64,000 bases of DNA, taken from Candidatus Latescibacterota bacterium (lineage in GTDB: Bacteria > Latescibacterota > UBA2968 > GCA-2709665). The notes under the pieces were generated by a model, which was not told the origin of the DNA, did no database searches, and saw only the letters and a list, made by a program, of their open reading frames with translations. Shown piece by piece: positions 30,116-37,562 of the stretch (position 1 is the first letter of the stretch; each line of letters starts with the position of its first letter). A program made the translations under genes and the position numbers. The stretch is from assembly GCA_963662665.2 (NCBI GenBank), contig CAXXJS010000031.1:1-64000 (forward strand), given 5' to 3'.

Positions 30116-30511
30116 ATGCAAACCCTAAAAGAGTTCGCAACACTACTTAAGACGGAACGCCGGAAAGCACGTCGGACTCTTCGGGAGATTGCAGCGGCCA
30201 CTGGGAAGTCAATTGGCTATATGTCGGATGTGGAACAAGGAAGGAAGCTTCCGCCGCCGCCTGATGTGGTGTCGAAAATCGAGGAAGAGTTGGGAATTCA
30301 GAACTGCCAACTGGTGCGGCTGGCGGAGGAAGTCCGACGGTTGCGGCCGACAGAGCTGATGAACATGATTAAGAACAGCAGACCTGCTATGACACAAATG
30401 GTAGGTGAGTTAATGCGAGCAGATGGCCTGTCTGACGAGGATCTTGAAGTGCTTCGGGAAAAGGTTCTCGAGATGCAAAAAAAGAGGAGTCGACCGCGAT
30501 GCCGAGATTAG
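30116..30511 (+). CDS. XRE-family HTH repressor (ImmR/CapH-like role)
   Basis: TLREIAAATGKSIGYMSDVEQGRK helix-turn-helix; RBS AAGGAGG. Confidence 0.88.
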   Translation: MQTLKEFATLLKTERRKARRTLREIAAATGKSIGYMSDVEQGRKLPPPPDVVSKIEEELGIQNCQLVRLAEEVRRLRPTELMNMIKNSRPAMTQMVGELMRADGLSDEDLEVLREKVLEMQKKRSRPRCRD

Positions 30512-31086
30512 TTCCAGCCAAGGGCCGCAGTGGGCGAGAGGTCGATAAGATCGCAGAGTGTCTACTCCACGATTGCCAACCAGCAGCATTGATGGAACCG
30601 CAGGTTGTGGATGTTGAGTCTATTTTTGAATTCGAATTACCCGAAATGGGTATCGTGCCGGACTACCAGCCCCTTGAGCGACGCGGAATCCAGGGTTTTA
30701 CCGACTCGAAAAACAAGATCTGCGTGGTGTCAGCGGAACTCGCCGAAGATCCGACAGCGATTCCCTACTTTCGGTCAACCGTCGCCCATGAAATAGGTCA
30801 CGCTATCTTGCATATACCGGAGTATCGTCGGCGACGGCAGACTATTGTCTCTGAACAGGCCACGGAAGAAGCCATTCTTCACCGTCTACCCGATACTCTG
30901 ATTCCCTTCTATAGGAATCCGGAGTGGCAAGCACACCGCTTCGCGGGCGGTCTGCTAATGCCTGAGCCGGCAGTTCGAAAAGCGATTCTTGCCAATCGCT
31001 GCGACTTCACTGTGTTATCAAAGGTCTTCGAAGTGACCCCAGCATTTGTACGATCGAGATTGAAGGGGTTAAAGATGCTAACGTGA
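30499..31086 (+). CDS. ImmA/IrrE-family Zn metallopeptidase (CapP-like role)
   Basis: RSTVAHEIGHAILH (HExxH) and EWQAHRFAGGLLMP motifs; overlaps the XRE gene. Confidence 0.92.
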   Translation: MPRLVPAKGRSGREVDKIAECLLHDCQPAALMEPQVVDVESIFEFELPEMGIVPDYQPLERRGIQGFTDSKNKICVVSAELAEDPTAIPYFRSTVAHEIGHAILHIPEYRRRRQTIVSEQATEEAILHRLPDTLIPFYRNPEWQAHRFAGGLLMPEPAVRKAILANRCDFTVLSKVFEVTPAFVRSRLKGLKMLT

Positions 31087-31095
31087 GGAAAGCGA

Positions 31096-31127
31096 GAAGA
31101 GGGGGCATGGCAGTGCCCCCTCTTCTT
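31096..31127 (+). terminator. Strong hairpin after ImmA
   Basis: AGAAGAGGGGGCA-TGGCAG-TGCCCCCTCTTCT perfect stem; only a short T tail. Confidence 0.55.
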
Positions 31128-31301
31128 AGGCGGACCTTTGCTACGGAATCCGGAAAAACCGTGTCAATGGTAAACCCCCAGATTGGGGGCCGGCCGCCTG
31201 CCGGGGATGGTATCCCCTATCTGTATTAATTAGAATAAGACTCCCCGGCCCAGAAAGTCAACGAAAATCTGCTCCGGCAAATTACAGGAGTTGCGCAATA
31301 A

Positions 31302-31419
31302 GCCAGAACTGAGACGCGAAGGATCAATGGCTACATATTCCGCACCTGGATAACACATGAACGGGATACCCGAATGAGCACGGAATCACGGTCTTCGTGC
31401 CTGGCGAATTCCGGTATAA
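31302..31419 (+). pseudogene. Degraded small basic-peptide gene
   Basis: ARTETRRINGYIFRTWIT, then a frameshift to MNGIPE*ARNHGLRAWRIPV*; RBS-like AGGAG at about 31286. Family resemblance is from recall only. Confidence 0.4.
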
Positions 31420-31540
31420 GGGAAAAGTGGCTCGTGATCATCTGTTGCGGTAAGGCGCAGCCGGGCGCAATCTTTGGTGCTCCCGCCTGGGAACAGAAGT
31501 GGAGTGGCTCTTTTTAATCTAAACAATGGGAGATCTACAG

Positions 31541-31834
31541 ATGCCACGATCAGTAAGACAACAGTCGAAACACGACGCAGCGGTCGCCCGCATTGCGAGA
31601 AGTCTCGCACGTCAGGGCTATAAAGTCAAAGCCGACGTTAAGGGATTCAGCCGGCCAGATACCGTCGGCGGTTACCGACCCGATTTGGTAGCGACAAAGG
31701 GGATCGCCAAGAGGATCGTCGAGGTGGAGACGACGACGTCGGTCAAAAGCGTTCGCGATCAGAAGCAGCAGACTGCGTTCCGCAAGGCGGCAAAGCGTCG
31801 CAAGGCCACAAGTTTTATCAGGAAGGTAGTATAG
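31541..31834 (+). CDS. Small basic protein with PD-(D/E)xK nuclease-like motifs
   Basis: H..VARIARSLARQGYKV, YRPDLVATKG, IVEVET; RBS GGGAG. Confidence 0.65.
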   Translation: MPRSVRQQSKHDAAVARIARSLARQGYKVKADVKGFSRPDTVGGYRPDLVATKGIAKRIVEVETTTSVKSVRDQKQQTAFRKAAKRRKATSFIRKVV

Positions 31835-32023
31835 ATTGAAGATGGACTCACAACGTTCGGGGTTGGCGCAGAAGCCTCTCCGGAACGTGAGTTAACCAGT
31901 TTCCAGTCCCATATCGAACCCGCCGGATGCGTTGGCCGGAGGAAATATCACGCTGCCCTGGAAAAACCGGGCATCCTGTTCCCACTCTTGTCGGTTTTGT
32001 GACTTCTCATAAAGGGTAACGAA

Positions 32024-32272
32024 ATGAGCGCAGGTGAAAAAATATCGATTTACGTGAGAGGCAGAAGATTCGAGATCGAAAGGGAGAAAATTAGCTACAG
32101 CGAGGTTGTAAATTTGGCGTATCCAGACGGCAAACATGGCCCGCTGTACGAGTATGACGTGACGTGGAAAGACGGACCTAGAGGAGAAGAAGACGGCGTA
32201 CTCAATGAAGGCGAAGAAACGAAAATTGTCGAAGGGATGAAATTTGATGTCAAATTCACTGATAAGTCGTAA
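32024..32272 (+). CDS. Bacterial ubiquitin-like beta-grasp protein (multiubiquitin-domain type)
   Basis: ISIYVRGRRFEI..ISYSEVVNLAYP..YDVTWKDGP..GVLNEGEETKIVEGMKFDV..TDKS pattern; overlaps the ThiF gene. Confidence 0.82.
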   Translation: MSAGEKISIYVRGRRFEIEREKISYSEVVNLAYPDGKHGPLYEYDVTWKDGPRGEEDGVLNEGEETKIVEGMKFDVKFTDKS

Positions 32273-33476
32273 CGCTGACTTGTCCGCCTTAGTGGAGGTA
32301 GGCTACCGCGTAGAGATACGTGGAGCCTACCTTCTGGTGAAGGGGATTCCGTACGTAAAACAAGACGGTAACATTGCTACCGGAACCTTAGTTGCAGGTC
32401 TGGAGCTTGCTGGCGACCAGACTAGACCTCCCGGGGACCATACTGTCTGGTGGGCCGGTGAAACACCACACCGGTGTTCGGGAGATAGCATGGAGCAGTA
32501 CTTGAGCTGTGGACACTGGCCATCTGGGCACGACTTGGGCGAAGGGATCACAGTTTACATGCGATGGTCGCGGAAACCAAGGAGTGCTGGTGGCAGCCGT
32601 GGTTACAGCGACAACCAAGAAAAAATAGAAACTTACGTCGAGGAAGTCGGCGGCGAAGCCGAAGCGAAACGACCAGGAATATTGGAGGCTGCAAAGGCAG
32701 GCGGCAAACCAGAGATTGCAGCAACGACACGGTTCAAATACATCAATACAAACTTGTATCGGAACGGGACAAAAGCAATAGAACAGCGAATAGCGGAAGA
32801 GGTAGTGGCGGTTGTCGGTGTAGGAGGAAGCGGGTCTTACCTTGTCGATATTTTAGCCAAGACGGACATAAAGGAATTACACCTTATTGACGACGATGTA
32901 ATGGAACAGCACAACGCGTTTAGAATTGCAGGAGCGGCATCGATACAGGAACTCGGAGTCGGAAAGAGCAAAGTTGAATGGCATCAAGAACGATATGCGG
33001 CCGTGAGGGAAGAAGGGGTTTACGTGCATAAACGGCGGCTAGATGTGGAGACTCTGGACGAATTGGAAAGGTTCACCACAGTGTTCATAGCAGTCGACAA
33101 ATTGGACACGAGAAGGAAGATTCAACAAAAATGCAATGAGCTAGGCGTGTCTCATATTAGCGTTGGAATAGGGATGGATATAGAGGGCGAAAATGACGAC
33201 GAAATAGGTGGAATGGTTAAGATAGAAACTCGGCACAAGGCATTCGCGGACATGACGACTTGCGCAAGCGACAAGAATCCAGGAGAAGAAGACGTGGCAA
33301 ACATATACGGGAACATTCAGACTGCCGAACTAAACATGCTTGGTGCCGCACTCGCGATCACAGAGTGGAAGGCCAGCAAGCGCATCTATCGAAATGAAAG
33401 GGAAAGTGGGATCGAAAGCGTGATATATTCAGTAAGCACTGGACGTATATTGCAGACACAAGAGGGACGGAATTGA
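32247..33476 (+). CDS. E1-like ThiF adenylyltransferase fused to an N-terminal DUF6791 (putative E2-like) domain
   Basis: N-terminal LISRNADL..L..GY.VEIRGAYLLV..IPYV..GTLV, DH..WWAGETP; ThiF motifs VAVVGVGGSGS, LIDDD..HNAFR, K.KV, FIAVD, NIQTAELN. Confidence 0.88.
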   Translation: MSNSLISRNADLSALVEVGYRVEIRGAYLLVKGIPYVKQDGNIATGTLVAGLELAGDQTRPPGDHTVWWAGETPHRCSGDSMEQYLSCGHWPSGHDLGEGITVYMRWSRKPRSAGGSRGYSDNQEKIETYVEEVGGEAEAKRPGILEAAKAGGKPEIAATTRFKYINTNLYRNGTKAIEQRIAEEVVAVVGVGGSGSYLVDILAKTDIKELHLIDDDVMEQHNAFRIAGAASIQELGVGKSKVEWHQERYAAVREEGVYVHKRRLDVETLDELERFTTVFIAVDKLDTRRKIQQKCNELGVSHISVGIGMDIEGENDDEIGGMVKIETRHKAFADMTTCASDKNPGEEDVANIYGNIQTAELNMLGAALAITEWKASKRIYRNERESGIESVIYSVSTGRILQTQEGRN

Positions 33477-33886
33477 GAATGAGGACGCGCAGATGGCAGG
33501 CACTTTGGGTCGCGGATATGCCACAAGAGATGGAAGAAGGGAAGGTGTATGTTTCGGTAAAACACCGGCTCACGGAACATTTGTGTGCCTGCGGATGTAA
33601 AACGGAGATAAGTCTTCCGCTCGGGCCGAGTGAATGGTGTATCGAATTCGACGGAGATTCAATAAGCATTCGACCATCCGTCGGGAACTGGCGATTGCCT
33701 TGTAGAAGCCATTACATTATCCGACACGGCTTAACTGTGTGGTGCAAGCAGATTTCGATCAAAGAAGAAGAGGCTGGAAGGATACGAGACCGACAGGAAA
33801 AGGAACAAGATATCACCAGGAAACAAATGGAGCGAAGATGGTGGAATCGTATCGCGAGAAGAATAATGCGGAGCATTAAACGGTAA
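33473..33886 (+). CDS. DUF6527-like Cys/His metal-binding protein
   Basis: MPQEMEEGKVYVS, HLCACGC, W, SIRPSVGNW..PCRSHYII..W; overlaps the ThiF stop codon. Confidence 0.85.
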   Translation: MRMRTRRWQALWVADMPQEMEEGKVYVSVKHRLTEHLCACGCKTEISLPLGPSEWCIEFDGDSISIRPSVGNWRLPCRSHYIIRHGLTVWCKQISIKEEEAGRIRDRQEKEQDITRKQMERRWWNRIARRIMRSIKR

Positions 33887-33917
33887 CCGGTCTTGCAACT
33901 ACAGGACTCCAAAAAAC

Positions 33918-33960
33918 GCCCAACGGTTTGTCTCTGTCCGTTGGGCTTCTTTCTGTTTTT
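33918..33960 (+). terminator. Intrinsic terminator closing the Ubl cassette
   Basis: GCCCAACGG...CCGTTGGGC stem followed by TTCTTTCTGTTTTT. Confidence 0.75.
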
Positions 33961-34047
33961 CGAGTCAGTTTGGCGAGATGTAAGGATCGGCGCCAGGTTA
34001 CTTGATCCCTGGCGAGAGGTCTCCGATGTCCGAACGTCTCCCCGATC

Positions 34048-34425
34048 TCATGCCCGAAAGGTTCTCAGGTCGAGTTCACCGATCGCGCGGTAGTGTTTTC
34101 CGTTGGCCGTGCAAAGTGCCATGTGATGTTCGACGGCGGTTGCCGCGATCAGGGCATCCGCCAGCGAGAGTGCCGTCTTGAGAGTAAATTCTTCCATATA
34201 CACGGATGCTCTGTGTCCGATGTTTTCAGTGAGGGGCAAGGTCTGAAAAGCGTGATCTTTGAGGAAATACTTGATTTCCCTTAATTCCTGCCGGCTTCTC
34301 GCACCCCGGATCAACTCCGCGTACGTAACGAGCGATACCCGGCGTTCATTTTGCTCTTCAACATGCTGCGCTGCCCCTGGATGGCCCCTGAAAACCCAGA
34401 TCAATACGTCGGTATCAAAGATCAT
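34048..34425 (-). CDS. vapC: PIN-domain toxin
   Basis: IFDTDVLI, ELIRGAR, LADALIAATA, T.N.KHY motifs. Confidence 0.92.
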   Translation of the reverse strand: MIFDTDVLIWVFRGHPGAAQHVEEQNERRVSLVTYAELIRGARSRQELREIKYFLKDHAFQTLPLTENIGHRASVYMEEFTLKTALSLADALIAATAVEHHMALCTANGKHYRAIGELDLRTFRA

Positions 34426-34660
34426 CCAGGCGGCCTTTTCTCAGATTCCGGACGTAAGCGTCCACGTCCGCCATATCTTTCCTGTCTCGCCACATCCCGA
34501 AGGCTGAATGGTCCGTTACTGACTTTTCCGTTCGCTGCCGGCTGGGCGACAGAATCGCCTTCTCCTTGCCTCGATAATAGATGGTGACGGACTCGCAACG
34601 ATCGAGCGCGAGCAAGACGTCTTTCATGCGGCGTCTCAAATCCAGAATGGTTGCCTTCAT
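34415..34660 (-). CDS. Phd/YefM-like antitoxin
   Basis: LRRRMKDVL..ESVTI..RGKEKA and AFGMWRDR motifs; overlaps vapC. Confidence 0.85.
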   Translation of the reverse strand: MKATILDLRRRMKDVLLALDRCESVTIYYRGKEKAILSPSRQRTEKSVTDHSAFGMWRDRKDMADVDAYVRNLRKGRLDDL

Positions 34661-34675
34661 GATGCCCCCTTAAAG

Positions 34676-34713
34676 TGCACACTTAATATGTGCAATTAAG
34701 GATCGAATGTCAA
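34676..34713 (-). promoter_or_regulatory. TA promoter and operator
   Basis: Minus-strand TTGACA-17 bp-CATATT overlapped by the palindrome TGCACA-N7-TGTGCA. Confidence 0.65.
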
Positions 34714-34791
34714 GCCCGAAATTCGATGCAGGCTTTCATGTCGAGGGGCTACTTTTCACCAAATCGGATCGTGGCGCTTACTCGTTGGGCC

Positions 34792-35039
34792 TCACCATAC
34801 TTCGCGGCCAATCGGAGGTCCGGTATCCACCTCGCCGTGTATGTTGTCCTTAGTCACACGGGCTAAAAGGTCGTCCAGATTCAAGTCGGACGCGCTCACG
34901 GGTTCGATGACCAACTTCCCGCCACGCAGCGACAACTCGAACTGTGAATCGGGTTCAAGTCCGATTTGAGTAGCGAGTGGCTCGGGAATACGAAGGACAA
35001 GATCATTGCCCCATTTCTGCACACGGGTTTTTGTGTCAT
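34792..35039 (-). CDS. mazE: MazE/AbrB-family antitoxin, orphan; possible 1-nt frameshift near the start
   Basis: VQKWGNDLVLRIP..LDDLLARVTKDNIHGEVDTGPPIGREVW. The RBS-supported ATG at 35039 is in frame only if the A5 run were A6. Confidence 0.8.
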
Positions 35040-35128
35040 TTCTCCACTGTCCATAGTCTTATGTTGTGACGACTACGCAAAAGAACAGGGCGTGACGTTT
35101 AAGGCCTGCCGGCAGTAACATCGATGTG

Positions 35129-35195
35129 GAGCTTGTCGAAGCGACCGTGTTTCCGTCTACCCATCGCCGACCCTTCGACAAGCTCAGGGAGCGGC
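35129..35195. repeat. REPIN-like inverted doublet of GAGCTTGTCGAAG
   Basis: GAGCTTGTCGAAG (35129-41) and CTTCGACAAGCTC (35173-85). Confidence 0.75.
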
Positions 35196-35331
35196 TCAGG
35201 AGGGGCCACGTGTGCAGGCTGGCGGTATGGATGCTGTACGCCGTGAGACGTGGATACATCAGAGTGGACAGGGTTAAAGCTTTGCTCTTTCAATCCTGTC
35301 CATCCGGGCCATCCATGTAAATTGATGCGGT

Positions 35332-36216
35332 TCAGACGCCGTAATAGGATTCGACGGGGATGCCGGGAAGGATTTGACGCGCGGTTCGGGCGATGCCGTC
35401 GACCTCGGCGTCGCTCAAGGCTGTCACGTACGATTCGGCGGGTTTGCGGGCAACCGTGTAGATCTGGATGTTCTTGAGTTGCCCGCCCGCTTCCAGGACG
35501 TCGGACAGGACGCGGCAGAAGGCGAGGATCTCTTCATCGGGCGGGGGCTGGCCATGGACGCGCATAAACAGGCTTTGTATAACCAGTGGCCATCTTCGCG
35601 CAGCCAGTTTCAGATTGTCAACGATCCGTTCGAAAGAGATGCGGGTGCGTTCCACCAGGTGATAATATTCGGCCGTACCGGCCTCCAGTTTAGCCCAGAT
35701 TTCGCCGTTGTTCCGGTGCATGACGTCAAACGCTTCCAGGACGGCCGGGACGTGGAACCGAGTGCAGTTCGTTATGGCGGTGATTTTGACCTCCTGCAGG
35801 TCGAATGCACGTTTGACATCCGCGGTCTTCTGCACGATTTCTCCAAAACGGGGATAGGTTGTGGGTTCCCCGTCGCCCGAGAACGCGATATCGTTGATCC
35901 GTTTCAGCCGGTCCGGGATCTCTCTGAAGGGCGGTTGCTCAAATAGCCGGCCCTCAAGCGTGTCGCCGAGGAGGGCGCGGAGTTCCTCGATGATCCGGTC
36001 TTCGTCCACCTCGCGCAGTACGGGCCCAACGGTGCGATCCACCTGGCAATAGATGCAGTCAAAGTTGCAAATCTTGTCCGGATTCAGATTGATGCCAATC
36101 GAGATCCCTCCGGAGCGCCGTGAAAGTACGGGATAAACGTATCGGTTTTTCTCGAAGCGCCTGGGATGCGAGGTGACCGCCCGCCGGACGGCCGTATCGC
36201 CGGATGGAGTCGACAT
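35332..36216 (-). CDS. Radical SAM protein
   Basis: YVYPVLSRRSGG..GINLNP, CNFDCIYC, FSGDGEPT motifs. Confidence 0.92.
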   Translation of the reverse strand: MSTPSGDTAVRRAVTSHPRRFEKNRYVYPVLSRRSGGISIGINLNPDKICNFDCIYCQVDRTVGPVLREVDEDRIIEELRALLGDTLEGRLFEQPPFREIPDRLKRINDIAFSGDGEPTTYPRFGEIVQKTADVKRAFDLQEVKITAITNCTRFHVPAVLEAFDVMHRNNGEIWAKLEAGTAEYYHLVERTRISFERIVDNLKLAARRWPLVIQSLFMRVHGQPPPDEEILAFCRVLSDVLEAGGQLKNIQIYTVARKPAESYVTALSDAEVDGIARTARQILPGIPVESYYGV

Positions 36217-36258
36217 ATTTTCACTTTCGTTTAGATGGAATTCACATCACCCGCTGTC

Positions 36259-36419
36259 TCAGTGTCCTGACCCAAGAATACCTAACCATTCTTCCGCCGA
36301 TTCATCGCGTCTCGCGGCGTTGCGATCGCTCGCCGAACTTACGCAGGTCGGTGGCGCCTTGCAAGCCGGGCGACTCGACGGCCGAATTCAGGCAGCCAAT
36401 TTCCGGGACAGAACACCAG
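36259..36419 (+). mobile_element. ~160-bp MITE-like element, copy 1
   Basis: Ends AGTGTCCTGACCC...GGGACAGAACAC form inverted repeats; the interior aligns to the reverse complement of 49178-49337. Confidence 0.75.
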
Positions 36420-36598
36420 CAGCTTTGCGGGACATCCCTCGCCTTTCCTGAGATACCACAATATACCAAAATTATCCGTGCCGCGCACATTTCAACCGAA
36501 TTTACGCGGGATCGCACGTGAGGCCGTTTTCCACTTGTGCGCCGGATTGAAAATCGATACCTTAATTCGCGCAGGAAGGTAGACGGAAAAGCGGAGAC

Positions 36599-36627
36599 GC
36601 GGGCGACCACAAGGGTCGTCCCAACAA
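36599..36627. repeat. GTAG-type REP-like palindrome
   Basis: GCGGGCGACCACAAGGGTCGTCCCAAC hairpin; single copy seen. Confidence 0.45.
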
Positions 36628-36699
36628 ACGCAATGAAAGCGCGGATCGAGGTCGGGCTTTGCTAGAAGCTGACGGCTGACAGCTTACTTAGAGGTTCTA

Positions 36700-37212
36700 A
36701 TGTCTACTTTCATTGGCAACCTGCCGGAACGGACGAAGGTCTGCAAAGTTACGTTTACCAACTGGGATAAGACGGTCGAATGCAAGCCGCACACCAACCT
36801 CCGGCAACTGGCAATCGACAACGATCTCGGTCTCTATAACGGGATCACCCGGTTCGTGAATTGCGAAGGCAACGGGTTGTGCGGAACCTGCACGGTCGAG
36901 GTTGTCCCGCAGGAGGGCATCACCGGGAAGGGCGCGAGGGAAAATCTGCGCTTTTTGCTGCTGAAAGGGAATCTGCGCCTGGCATGCCAGGTGGAGGTTA
37001 CCGGAGATATACAGGTCACCAAACACGCGGGGTTAAAGGGAAAAAAAGGGTACGCACCGGGAATCGAACAGGCCGAGGTGGTGCGCCTTTATCGCGACGA
37101 GGGCAGGACCATTGCGCAGATCGCCGAGCGGATGCAGTGTTCGGAGGCCATGGTGGTCACCCTGCTCGAACGCGGTCGCGTCGAATTGCGCCGACCGGGC
37201 TCGGCAGCATAG
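36700..37212 (+). CDS. 2Fe-2S ferredoxin fused to a C-terminal HTH
   Basis: CEGNGLCGTC..RLACQ; C-terminal VVRLYRDEGRTIAQIAERMQCSEAMVVTLLER. Confidence 0.85.
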   Translation: MSTFIGNLPERTKVCKVTFTNWDKTVECKPHTNLRQLAIDNDLGLYNGITRFVNCEGNGLCGTCTVEVVPQEGITGKGARENLRFLLLKGNLRLACQVEVTGDIQVTKHAGLKGKKGYAPGIEQAEVVRLYRDEGRTIAQIAERMQCSEAMVVTLLERGRVELRRPGSAA

Positions 37213-37284
37213 CAGTCCGTTGAAAAAGTCGCTCTGCAGACGAGACAGGACGCAGCCCGGATGGGCTTATTCTACGGGCTGTCA
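37210..37284. repeat. Short inverted-repeat element (IS-end/MITE-like); right half repeated at 54161-54194
   Basis: TAGCAGTCCGTTGAAAAAGTC...GGGCTTATTCTACGGGCTG; ACGCAGCCCGGATGG is shared with 54161. Confidence 0.55.
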
Positions 37285-37562
37285 GGCGCGGGACCCGCGG
37301 ACGAAGTGGTGTGATCAAGGGCGACTACAGGTCGCCTTTTTTGTTGTGTGACAGGGCGCGCGAAGAGGCCGACCCGCGCCCCATGGATGCATCCAATCCG
37401 GTTTTCTTAATACGGCCTGCCCCAGTTTAATTTCAACCGGCGCTTCAGCTAATCCGTTTCCGCGACTGGAGAGTAGCCTTCCGAGGCAGCACCGTCACCC
37501 CATGACTCCCTATTGGTGGAAATTCTGAAGCTGACGTTACATCCGATACGCCAACAAACGCC

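Noticed and set aside
30116-33886. Calling the cassette CBASS/Pycsar, Bil, or a ThiS/MoaD sulfur-transfer operon
   Set aside because: No cyclase, no JAB peptidase, no Gly-Gly terminus and no thiamine or molybdopterin genes are present.
25360-35300. Integron cassette array
   Set aside because: The gene content is suggestive, but I found no convincing recurring attC (RYYYAAC..GTTRRRY) structures and no integrase. IntegronFinder would settle it.
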